A stretch of 64,000 bases of DNA from Candidatus Multivorans sp. (lineage in GTDB: Bacteria > Acidobacteriota > Thermoanaerobaculia > Multivoradales > Multivoraceae), in the NCBI GenBank assembly GCA_965238135.1, contig OZ250177.1, positions 3,408,236 to 3,472,235 on the forward strand. The letters run 5' to 3'. Numbering within the stretch: the first letter of the stretch is position 1; the number at the start of each line of letters is the position of its first letter. Position numbers and translations under genes: made by a program. Shown here piece after piece: positions 42,976-51,659 of the stretch. Under the pieces are notes generated by a model. That model was not told the DNA's origin. It ran no database searches and saw nothing but the letters and a program-made list of their open reading frames with translations.

Positions 42976-44432
42976 TGGCGTTGGTCGAGTCGAGTAGCAG
43001 CACGTCCCCGAACCCGGCGTCGCCGGTCTCCGCATGGCGGAGGGCGCTGGTCTATGGGCTGGGCTTGTCCGGCGTGGCGGCAGCGCGGGCGCTTGTTGAC
43101 CGCGGTATCCGCGTGGCGGCCGTCGACGGCCGTCCGGCCTCCGGTCTGGGGTCGGCGGCACAGGAACTCCTGCGAACGGGACGGGTCGAGATGTTGCTGG
43201 ACGAACAGGCGGCGCTGCCGAGAGGTCTCGACGCCGTCGTGCTGAGTCCGGGCGTGCCGCCGAACCGGCCCCTGCTGCGGAGCGCCCGGTCGGCGAACAC
43301 GCCGGTTGTGGCCGAAGTGGAACTCGCTTACCGCCTGCTGGAGGCGTCGTGCGCACCGACCGTGGTGGCGATCACCGGCAGCAACGGCAAGAGCACGACG
43401 ACCGCGCTCACCGGCGCCCTGCTCGAAGCGGCGGGTTACCCGGTTGAAGTCTGCGGCAACATCGGCACGCCGCTGAGCGCTCGCGTCGACGGACCGCCCG
43501 GGCGGGTCTTCGTCGTCGAGCTCTCGAGCTTCCAACTCGAGGCGGTCGACCGCTTCCGGCCTCGGGCGGCGGCGCTTCTGAACATCAGCCCCGACCATCT
43601 CGACCGCTACCGCAACGTGGGAGAGTACGCGGCCGCGAAGGCGCGCATCTTCGGCAACCAGGCGCCCGGAGACATCGCCGTGGTGAACGGCGACGACTCC
43701 CAGGCGCGCCGGCTCGGGAGCGACCGCGGGGGGGCATCGGCCCAGGTCAGGCGGCGCTTCTTCTCACGTCTCCGTCAGGTTGAGGACGGCTGCTACCTCG
43801 ACCGCGACCGGGTGATCGAGGTCGGGCCGAACGTCCGGCGCGAGCTGTTCCGGCTCGACGATCTGGCGCTGGATGGGTTGCACAACGTGGAAAACGCGAT
43901 GGCGGCGGCGCTGCTCGCGTCGGCTGTCGGCGCCGATCCACACGGTTTCGCCTCAGGTCTTCGCGGCTTTGGCGGCTTGCCCCACCGGATGCGCCTGGTC
44001 GAGACCATGGACGGCGTCCGCTACTACAACGATTCGAAGGCAACCAACCCCGCCGCGTCCACGCAGGCGCTGGCCGGTTTCGGCGACGGCTCGGTTCACC
44101 TGATTCTGGGTGGCCGGGCGAAGGGGGAGGCCGCCGATTTCGCCGAATTGGCGGCGGTGGCAGCGGCCAAGGCCGCGGCGGTCTACCTGATCGGCGAGGC
44201 CGCCGGCGCGATCGAATCCGTGCTGCTCGACGGCACCGCGCATCGCCGCTGCGGTTCGCTCGACCGGGCGGTCGAGGCGGCGTCCGCCGCGTCGAGCCGT
44301 GGCGAGAGCGTGCTGCTCTCGCCGGCCTGTGCCAGCTTCGACCAGTTCGAGGACTTCGCCGACCGCGGCCGCTGCTTCGAGCGTCAGGTCAGAGCTCTCG
44401 CGGCGGCTCGCGGAGGGGGCGGCGATGGCTAA
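42975..44432 (+). CDS. murD: UDP-N-acetylmuramoylalanine--D-glutamate ligase
   Basis: GLGLSGVAAARAL is a Rossmann motif. ITGSNGKSTTT and LNISPDHLDRY are Mur ligase motifs. The GTG start overlaps the last base of the mraY stop. Confidence 0.9.
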   Translation: MALVESSSSTSPNPASPVSAWRRALVYGLGLSGVAAARALVDRGIRVAAVDGRPASGLGSAAQELLRTGRVEMLLDEQAALPRGLDAVVLSPGVPPNRPLLRSARSANTPVVAEVELAYRLLEASCAPTVVAITGSNGKSTTTALTGALLEAAGYPVEVCGNIGTPLSARVDGPPGRVFVVELSSFQLEAVDRFRPRAAALLNISPDHLDRYRNVGEYAAAKARIFGNQAPGDIAVVNGDDSQARRLGSDRGGASAQVRRRFFSRLRQVEDGCYLDRDRVIEVGPNVRRELFRLDDLALDGLHNVENAMAAALLASAVGADPHGFASGLRGFGGLPHRMRLVETMDGVRYYNDSKATNPAASTQALAGFGDGSVHLILGGRAKGEAADFAELAAVAAAKAAAVYLIGEAAGAIESVLLDGTAHRRCGSLDRAVEAASAASSRGESVLLSPACASFDQFEDFADRGRCFERQVRALAAARGGGGDG

Positions 44433-45501
44433 GAAGCTCGCCATCGACAAGGTGCTCTTCACGGTCGTCGTCCTGCTGGTGGTGGGAGGGCTGGTCATGG
44501 TCTATTCGGCCAACCCGCCTGACCCCGACGGCGCCTTCAAGCGGCAGTTCGTCACCCAGCTCGCGGCGGCGATCGTCGGTCTGGGCGCGATGCTGGTGGT
44601 GATGAACGTAGACTACCGGCGCTGGGCCAGACCGTGGCTGGTGTACGCCGGCCTCGGGGTCTCGCTCGGGCTGCTCGGCATCGTGCTGGCGTCGCCGCCG
44701 ATCAACGGCAGCAGCCGGTGGCTGTCGCTTGGACCGGTGACCTTCCAGCCGTCGGAGCTGGCCAAGGTCGCGGTCATCCTCTTTCTCGCGTACCAGATCC
44801 ACCGCTGCCCTGAGGGGGTCAGCCAGCCCCGGGTGCTCGTGCCGTGCGGAGTCGGCGTCGGCCTGGTGACCCTGCTCGTGCTGCAGGCCCCGGACTTCGG
44901 CAGCGCCGCGCTGATCCTCGGGATCTCGGCGGTCATGCTGTTTCTCGCCGGCCTGTCCTGGCGCTGGATCGTGCCCGGGCTGCTGGTGTTCCCGGCGGTG
45001 CTGGGGCTCTTCATCTGGTCGGAGCCCTACCGCGTGGAGCGAGTGATGGGCTTCCTCGCGCCGGAGACCGACCCCTCGGGCAACGGCTTCCAGGTGCTGC
45101 AGTCGCTGATCGCGATCGGCTCCGGCGGCGTGACCGGTCAGGGCCTGGGCGAGAGCGCCCAGAAGCTCTACTTCCTGCCGCTGGCGAGTTCCGACTTCAT
45201 CTTCTCGATCGTCAGCGAGGAGCTGGGATTGATCGGCGCCGCCGCCGTGCTGGCCGCATTCGTCGTTCTCGCCTGGCGGGGCTACGTCGCCGGGCACCGC
45301 GCCCCGGACGCGTTCGGCCGGTTTCTCGCTTGGGGACTGACGTCGGCGGTGCTCATCCAGGCGCTCGTCAACATCAGCGTCACCGTCGGACTGGTGCCGG
45401 TCACCGGTACGCCGCTGCCGTTTCTGTCGCACGGCGGATCCTCCCTGTTCATGACCCTGGTCGCGTGCGGCCTGCTGCTGAGCGTTTCGGAGCATGGATG
45501 A
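44425..45501 (+). CDS. ftsW: SEDS-family peptidoglycan glycosyltransferase FtsW
   Basis: Polytopic protein with FQPSELAKV and LPFLSHGGSS motifs. Start is the ATG at 44425 within the longer listed ORF. Confidence 0.9.
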   Translation: MAKKLAIDKVLFTVVVLLVVGGLVMVYSANPPDPDGAFKRQFVTQLAAAIVGLGAMLVVMNVDYRRWARPWLVYAGLGVSLGLLGIVLASPPINGSSRWLSLGPVTFQPSELAKVAVILFLAYQIHRCPEGVSQPRVLVPCGVGVGLVTLLVLQAPDFGSAALILGISAVMLFLAGLSWRWIVPGLLVFPAVLGLFIWSEPYRVERVMGFLAPETDPSGNGFQVLQSLIAIGSGGVTGQGLGESAQKLYFLPLASSDFIFSIVSEELGLIGAAAVLAAFVVLAWRGYVAGHRAPDAFGRFLAWGLTSAVLIQALVNISVTVGLVPVTGTPLPFLSHGGSSLFMTLVACGLLLSVSEHG

Positions 45502-46610
45502 GCGCTCGCACTCACCGCCCTTCGGTGGTCTTCTCGGGTGGTGGAACCGGCGGGCACGTGTTCCCTGGCCTGGCAGTAGCCGAGGAACTCCGGCGCCTCG
45601 GTTGGCGCACGGCGTGGATCGGGCGCAGGCGGAGCCTCGAGGAACGGTTGGTTGCCGCGGCCGGGTTCGAGTTCAGAGCGTTGCCGGCGCGGCCCTTTGT
45701 GGACCGCAGTGTCCCGGAACGAGCGGTGGCCCTGAGTGTTCTGGCGGTTTCTACGCTGCGGGCCGCCGTGCTGCTGCGCCGCCTTCGTGCCGCCGTGGTG
45801 TTGGCCACCGGCGGCTACGCCTGCGCTCCGGCTGCCCTGGGGGCCCGGCTGAACGGTTCCGGCCTCTACCTGCTCGAACCGAACGCGCAGAGCGGTGCGG
45901 CGAACCGGCTGCTGTCGCGGTTCGCCACGGAGGCGGGGACTGCTTTCGAGTCCGCTGCGAAGCAGTTGGCGTGCGAGGCGCGGCTGGTCGGGGTTCCGGT
46001 GCGCCGGGCCTTCCGCCGGGTCGGCGAACCGCGCCTCCAGAGCGACTGCACGCGGGTGCTGGTGCTCGGCGGCAGCCAGGGCTCGGATGCTCTCAACCGG
46101 CAACTGCCGGGTCTGTTCGCCCGGGCCGCCCGAAAGACAGCCATCGAGGTCACGCACCAGTCGGGACCTTCCCGGGTCGACGACACCCGCGACCGCTATC
46201 GAGGTCTCGAGGCGCCGGCGCTCAAGGCGACGGTCGAGGGGTTCATCGAGGACACCGCCGGCGCGATGGCGGCCCACGACCTGATCGTTTCGCGGGCGGG
46301 GGCGGTGACGGTGGCGGAAGTGGCCGCGGCCGGCCGGCCGGCGGTCTACGTTCCGTTGCCGCTGGCCGCGGGGCACCAGCGCGGCAACGCGCAGGCGATG
46401 GTCGATGCGGGAGCGGCGATCCTGGTCGAGCAGGACGATCTGCAGGGCGAGGCGGCCGCGGAGCGATGCGCGGGGCTGATCGCGGATCGCGCCCGGCTGT
46501 CGTCCATGGCTCGGGCGGCCCGCGCCCACAGCCGGGGCGATGCGGCGCGCGCCGTAGCGGAGCGGGTCTGCGCGATCGCCGGCGCCTCCAGCGCCGGGAG
46601 CACGCGCTGA
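45498..46610 (+). CDS. murG: undecaprenyldiphospho-muramoylpentapeptide beta-N-acetylglucosaminyltransferase
   Basis: VVFSGGGTGGHVFPGLAVAEEL is the MurG N-terminus. The start overlaps the ftsW stop in an ATGA. Confidence 0.9.
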   Translation: MSARTHRPSVVFSGGGTGGHVFPGLAVAEELRRLGWRTAWIGRRRSLEERLVAAAGFEFRALPARPFVDRSVPERAVALSVLAVSTLRAAVLLRRLRAAVVLATGGYACAPAALGARLNGSGLYLLEPNAQSGAANRLLSRFATEAGTAFESAAKQLACEARLVGVPVRRAFRRVGEPRLQSDCTRVLVLGGSQGSDALNRQLPGLFARAARKTAIEVTHQSGPSRVDDTRDRYRGLEAPALKATVEGFIEDTAGAMAAHDLIVSRAGAVTVAEVAAAGRPAVYVPLPLAAGHQRGNAQAMVDAGAAILVEQDDLQGEAAAERCAGLIADRARLSSMARAARAHSRGDAARAVAERVCAIAGASSAGSTR

Positions 46611-48031
46611 TGCCTCTGTTCCTGCGCACCGCGGGCCTCGAACGGATCCACTTCGTCGGCATCGGCGGCGCCGGAATGAGCGGCATCGCGGAAGTCCTGC
46701 TCAACTACGACCTCGCGATCAGCGGCTCCGATCTGGAGGCGAGCGAAACGACCCGGCGGCTTGCCGAACTCGGCGCCTCAGTCTTCCTCGGCCACTCGGC
46801 CGAGAACGTGGGGCAGACCGACCTGGTCGTCGTCTCCTCGGCCGTCTCCGCCGGCAATGAAGAGGTCGTTGCCGCGCGCCGGCGCGGCGTCCCGATCGTG
46901 CGCAGAGCCCAGATGCTGGCTGAGCTGATGCGGCTCAAGTACGGCATCGCCGTGGCGGGTACGCACGGCAAGACGACGACGACGTCGCTCGTGGGCAGCG
47001 TACTGACCGGCGCGGGCCTCGATCCCACCGTCGTCGTCGGCGGCCGGCTCCGCGTGTCCGGCACGGGAGCGCGCCACGGCAAGAGCGACTACCTGGTTGC
47101 GGAGGCGGACGAGTTCGACCGCAGTTTCCTCGATCTGGCGCCGGTGATCGCCGTGATCACGAACATCGATGTCGATCACCTCGACACCTACCGCGACCTG
47201 GCTGACATCAAGGATGCCTTCGTGCGCTTTGCCACCCGGGTTCCCTTCTTCGGTCAGATCATCGCCTGCGTCGACGACGCGAATGTGCGGGACCTGCTGC
47301 CCCGCCTCGCGGACCGGCGGATCGTCACCTACGGCTTCGACTCGGGGGCGGACCTGCAGGCGCGCGATCCCGAGCCCACCGCCTCCGGCGTGCGGTTCGA
47401 GGTCGTGGATTCGGCCGCGGGTCGGCTTGGCGCGGTCGAGCTGCCGATGCCCGGTCGACACAACGTCCTGAACGCGTTGGCGGCGGTGGCGGCGGCCCGC
47501 GCCACAGGAGTCGACTTCGGGACGGCCGCACGTCTCCTGTCTGGTTTCTCCGGCGTTCACCGGCGCTTCGAGCGGGTGGGCAGTTGGCGGGGTGCGACCG
47601 TGGTCGATGACTACGCGCACCACCCGACCGAGGTCGAGGCGACCCTGCGGGCCGCTCGCGAGGTGTTGGATCTCGCGGGGGAAGAGGGTCGGCCGCGCCG
47701 GCTTCACGCCGTGTTCCAGCCCCACCTGTTCAGCCGGACGCGGTACCTGGCGGACGACTTCGGCCGCGCCCTGCTGCTGGCCGACAACGCTCTGGTTACC
47801 GACATCTACGCGTCCCGTGAGAAGCCGCTTCCCGGCGTGGATGGGGGCCTGGTGGTCGCGGCGGCCGCCGGCTGCGGCCACCCCAGCGTCACAGGCTGCG
47901 GTCCCTGGCGTACAGCGCCTGAGCGCCTCCGTTCGGTGGTTCGGGAAGGAGACATGATCCTCACCCTCGGCGCCGGAGACATCTACCGGTTGGCTCGACT
48001 CCTCGTGGCGGATGAGGAGGACGGAAGATGA
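46610..48031 (+). CDS. murC: UDP-N-acetylmuramate--L-alanine ligase
   Basis: IHFVGIGGAGMSGIAEVL and VAGTHGKTTTTS are MurC motifs. The ATG shares one base with the murG stop. Confidence 0.9.
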   Translation: MPLFLRTAGLERIHFVGIGGAGMSGIAEVLLNYDLAISGSDLEASETTRRLAELGASVFLGHSAENVGQTDLVVVSSAVSAGNEEVVAARRRGVPIVRRAQMLAELMRLKYGIAVAGTHGKTTTTSLVGSVLTGAGLDPTVVVGGRLRVSGTGARHGKSDYLVAEADEFDRSFLDLAPVIAVITNIDVDHLDTYRDLADIKDAFVRFATRVPFFGQIIACVDDANVRDLLPRLADRRIVTYGFDSGADLQARDPEPTASGVRFEVVDSAAGRLGAVELPMPGRHNVLNALAAVAAARATGVDFGTAARLLSGFSGVHRRFERVGSWRGATVVDDYAHHPTEVEATLRAAREVLDLAGEEGRPRRLHAVFQPHLFSRTRYLADDFGRALLLADNALVTDIYASREKPLPGVDGGLVVAAAAGCGHPSVTGCGPWRTAPERLRSVVREGDMILTLGAGDIYRLARLLVADEEDGR

Positions 48032-48969
48032 ATCGCGGCAGGAGTGGGCTGCCGCTTGCGGGACGCCGGACCGTGCGCCGCCGCCGTCCGCGGCCCGTCG
48101 TCTGGTTGGCGATGGGGGCGGGAAAGGTCCTCCTGGGCGTGGCGCCCGTCGTGGCGGTCGGCGTGTGGCTGGCGACGGCGCCGGTGTTCGACCTGAAGCC
48201 TGAGATCGGGATCGAGACGGGGGCGCGCGTGTCCGAGGAGTGGGTGCGGGACCGGCTTGCCGGCCTGGTGGGACGCAACCTCCCGATGCTCTCTCTGGAA
48301 CGCGCCGCGGTGCGACTCGAGCACGAATGGGTGCGTGAAGCGAAGTTGGCCAAGCGGCTCCCGAATGAACTCGATGTGCGGATCGTGGAACACGAGCCGG
48401 CCGCCGTGTTCGAGTCGGGAGACCGATCCTGGATCATCGACCGGGACGGCCGGGCGATCGTGGGATGCGAGCGCGCTGCCGATCTCTGCGAGGGGAGTGC
48501 GGTCGCGGTCGCCGAGAGCACCCTGGTTCGGGTTTCGATTCAGAGCGCGCTGCTCGGGGAGCGTGTCGGGGAGAGTCCGGCGCGGAACCCCGGCGTTACC
48601 GGACTCCCATCGAGAGACGTTTCTGGAGAAGTGCTCGCGCGGACGCTGAAACGGGCGCTCGACGTGGCGACCGAAGTCAGGGCGTTCGAGTGGGGACGGC
48701 AGGTCCGGGCGGTGGAGGTCATCAGCTTCGGGATCGTTGACGACGACTACCTGCTCGCGTGCAGCGGCCGCCCGGCGACCGTGCTCGTCCGCGGCAGCGA
48801 CCTGACGGCCAAGGCTTCGGTGTTCGAGTTGCTGCAGGCGGCGATCAGGAAACACAGCGATCCCGAGGTCGTCGACTTGCGGTTCAGAGAGCGAATTGTC
48901 CTGTCGAGGGAGGCGCCGGGTACAGGCCGCGACCCCGCCGACGAGATCAATGCCGGAGATCCCTCGTAG
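48028..48969 (+). CDS. ftsQ: cell division protein FtsQ
   Basis: An N-terminal TM is followed by a POTRA-like segment (RVSEEWVRDRLAGLVGRNL...VRIVEHEP). It sits between murC and ftsA, and its start overlaps the murC stop in an ATGA. Confidence 0.8.
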   Translation: MNRGRSGLPLAGRRTVRRRRPRPVVWLAMGAGKVLLGVAPVVAVGVWLATAPVFDLKPEIGIETGARVSEEWVRDRLAGLVGRNLPMLSLERAAVRLEHEWVREAKLAKRLPNELDVRIVEHEPAAVFESGDRSWIIDRDGRAIVGCERAADLCEGSAVAVAESTLVRVSIQSALLGERVGESPARNPGVTGLPSRDVSGEVLARTLKRALDVATEVRAFEWGRQVRAVEVISFGIVDDDYLLACSGRPATVLVRGSDLTAKASVFELLQAAIRKHSDPEVVDLRFRERIVLSREAPGTGRDPADEINAGDPS

Positions 48970-48985
48970 AGGGGAGGACGAAACG

Positions 48986-50236
48986 ATGCCGAAAACGGAC
49001 ACACGTTTGGTAGCCATCGATGTCGGCTCGGCGAAGGTCGGCGTGCTGATCGTCGAGCGCACCGAGATCGACGGAGAGCCCGGCCTCAAGGTCGTCGGCG
49101 TTGGCAGGGCGCCCAACCGCGGTACGTTGAAGGGCCACATCGTGAACGTCGACGCGACGGTGAGCTCGCTGCGGCGGGCTACCGAGGAAGCCGAGACCAT
49201 GGCGGGAACTGAGATTTCCCGTGCCGTTGTCGGTGTCGGCGGCAGCGATCTGCGCTCCGCGAACAGCCACGGCACGGCCTACATCGACAGCGGTGACCGG
49301 GGCATTTCGCGCGCCGACATCGACCTGGTTCTGAATGCCGCCCGGGACGTGCCGCTTCCTCCCGACCGCGAGATCCTGCACGCGATCCCGCAGGAGTTCG
49401 CGGTCGACGATCACGGTGGCATAGCGGACCCCCAGGGCATGCTGGGGAGCCGTCTCGAGGCCAAGGTCCACCTGGTCATGGGCCACGCGCCGAGAACGAG
49501 GACGCTGATCCGGTGCCTGAACCAGGCGGGTGTGGAGGCGACGGAGGTCGTGTTCGAGCCGCTGGCCACGGCGGAAGCGGTCCTGCTTCCCGATGAGCGC
49601 GAACTCGGCGTTCTGATGCTGGAGATCGGATCCGGCACCTGCGGATTCGCGTTCTTCCACCAATCGGAAGTCCAGCACAGCGGCGTCCTTCCGTTCGGCG
49701 CCAGCCACTTCACGGCCGACCTGGCCTCGGTGTTGCGAACCTCGTTCGCCGGCGCCGAAACGCTGAAGCTCCGCGACGGCTGCTGCCTCCCCGGTTTGTT
49801 TGACGGCGACGAGGGAGTGACCGTGCCGAGCGTAGGGGGAGGCGCCAGCCGGACGATCGCGCGGTCCAGGCTCGCCGAGATCCTGCAGGCACGCGCCGAG
49901 GAGATGTTCCATTTCGTCCAGGTCGAGATGGAGAAAGCGGGCTGCGCCGATCAGCTCCGGGGCGGAGTCGTTCTCACCGGCGGCGGTTCGAAGCTGGCCG
50001 GTCTTCCCGAACTGGCCCAGCAGTTCTTCTCGTGCGACGCACGCTACGGCGTGCCGCTCGGTCTCACCAGCGAGATCGAGGGTCTTACCGATCCGACATG
50101 GGCTACGGCCGCGGGCCTTGTGCTTTACGCCGTCGCCGCGGAGCAGGCCCGACTACCGCTCGTGCGCCAGGGCTCCGTTCGCGGAGTGCGCGGGGTGATG
50201 GGCAGCCTGCGACAGATGTTCAGCGATCTTCTCTGA
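48986..50236 (+). CDS. ftsA: cell division protein FtsA
   Basis: LVAIDVGSAKVGVLIVE is the actin-fold phosphate-1 motif and VVLTGGGSKLAGL the second. GGGGAGGA lies upstream of the ATG. Confidence 0.9.
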   Translation: MPKTDTRLVAIDVGSAKVGVLIVERTEIDGEPGLKVVGVGRAPNRGTLKGHIVNVDATVSSLRRATEEAETMAGTEISRAVVGVGGSDLRSANSHGTAYIDSGDRGISRADIDLVLNAARDVPLPPDREILHAIPQEFAVDDHGGIADPQGMLGSRLEAKVHLVMGHAPRTRTLIRCLNQAGVEATEVVFEPLATAEAVLLPDERELGVLMLEIGSGTCGFAFFHQSEVQHSGVLPFGASHFTADLASVLRTSFAGAETLKLRDGCCLPGLFDGDEGVTVPSVGGGASRTIARSRLAEILQARAEEMFHFVQVEMEKAGCADQLRGGVVLTGGGSKLAGLPELAQQFFSCDARYGVPLGLTSEIEGLTDPTWATAAGLVLYAVAAEQARLPLVRQGSVRGVRGVMGSLRQMFSDLL

Positions 50237-50278
50237 TCTTGAGTTACTGAACCGGAGGGTTCGAAAAGGGAGAGTGCC

Positions 50279-51559
50279 ATGATTCTGATGGAAGAGCAGC
50301 AGCCGGCCGCGATGGAGCCGACGATCGACGACGCGGCTTCCTCCGAGGAGAGTTTCGGTCCGGCCAAGATCAAGGTCGTCGGTGTCGGCGGCGGCGGCGG
50401 CAATGCCGTCAACCGGATGATTGCCAGCAGTCTGAGCGGCATCGAGTTCATTGCGGCCAACACCGACCTGCAGGCGCTCCGGCGCTGCGAGGCGGAGACG
50501 AAGTTGCAGCTCGGCCGCAAGATCACGCGCGGCCTGGGCGCGGGGGCCGACCCGGATATCGGACGCAACTCGGCGCTGGAGGACACGGACAAGATCCTCG
50601 ATGTGCTGAGCGGCGCCGACATGGTCTTCCTGGCGGCCGGGCTCGGCGGCGGAACCGGCACGGGCGCGGTGCCCATCATCGGTTCCCTGGCGGCCGAGGT
50701 CGGAGCTCTGACCGTGGCGGTAGTCACGAAGCCGTTCGCCTTCGAGGGCCGGCGGCGGATGCTGATCGCGGAGCGCGGTCTGGAAGAGCTGCACAAGGCG
50801 GTCGACACGGTCATCGCGATCCCGAACGAGCGGCTGCTGAGCTTCGTCGATCGGGGTACGTCGCTTTCTGAGGCCTTCCTCACCGCCGACGACGTTCTGC
50901 GCCAGTCGGTTCAGGGCATCAGCGACCTGATCACGATGCCCGGCGAGGTAAACGCCGACTTCGCGGACGTGCGGGCCATCATGTGCGGTCAGGGGATCGC
51001 CGTGATGGGCACGGGCCTGGCGTCGGGCGACAACCGTGCGCTCGAGGCGGCGCAGCGCGCTGTGTCCTCGCCACTGCTCGAGGACGCCTCGATCGAGGGT
51101 GCCGGGGGCTGCCTGATCAACATCACGGGCGGCAGTTCGCTGACGCTCCACGAGGTAGCCGAAGCGGCCCGCATGGTCACCGAGGCGGTGGATCCGAACG
51201 CGAACATCATCTCCGGTCTGGTGGTCGACGAGACGATGGACGAGGAGATGAAGGTCACCGTGATCGCGACCGGCTTCGCCGAGGATCGCCAGCCTCGACC
51301 GGGCGGCTCGGGGTCGAAACCCGAGGGCGCCGGGACCGATGAGGCTGCGGATTCGCCCGAGGGTCTCGCTGCCGCCGGGCAGGCGGCGGACGCGGCTCTC
51401 AAGGGGGACTCGCCCGAGGACAAGGGCGCCGACGACGCGGGCTTCCGCGATCGGCTGCTCGCCGAGCGCCACAAGATCGATCCGGGTGGCTTCGGACCGA
51501 ATTGGAGGAATGTCGACGACTACGACATCCCGACGGTGCTGCGCAAGCAGATGGACTGA
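50279..51559 (+). CDS. ftsZ: cell division GTPase FtsZ
   Basis: [13 protein letters not shown] and [11 protein letters not shown] are tubulin signature motifs. The C-terminal peptide is [13 protein letters not shown]. Confidence 0.97.
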   Translation: MILMEEQQPAAMEPTIDDAASSEESFGPAKIKVVGVGGGGGNAVNRMIASSLSGIEFIAANTDLQALRRCEAETKLQLGRKITRGLGAGADPDIGRNSALEDTDKILDVLSGADMVFLAAGLGGGTGTGAVPIIGSLAAEVGALTVAVVTKPFAFEGRRRMLIAERGLEELHKAVDTVIAIPNERLLSFVDRGTSLSEAFLTADDVLRQSVQGISDLITMPGEVNADFADVRAIMCGQGIAVMGTGLASGDNRALEAAQRAVSSPLLEDASIEGAGGCLINITGGSSLTLHEVAEAARMVTEAVDPNANIISGLVVDETMDEEMKVTVIATGFAEDRQPRPGGSGSKPEGAGTDEAADSPEGLAAAGQAADAALKGDSPEDKGADDAGFRDRLLAERHKIDPGGFGPNWRNVDDYDIPTVLRKQMD

Positions 51560-51565
51560 AGCCAC

Positions 51566-51645
51566 GGTGGCTTCGGACCACCGTAACCCGCGAGAATGTC
51601 GACGACTACGACATCCCGACGGTGCTGCGCAAGCAGATGGACTGA
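51566..51645 (+). repeat. tandem duplicate of the ftsZ 3' end (second copy, non-coding or out of frame)
   Basis: A 14-bp match (ggtggcttcggacc) and a perfect 52-bp match (51594-51645 equals 51508-51559) include the stop codon. Confidence 0.85.
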
Positions 51646-51659
51646 GTTGGGGGCTACAG

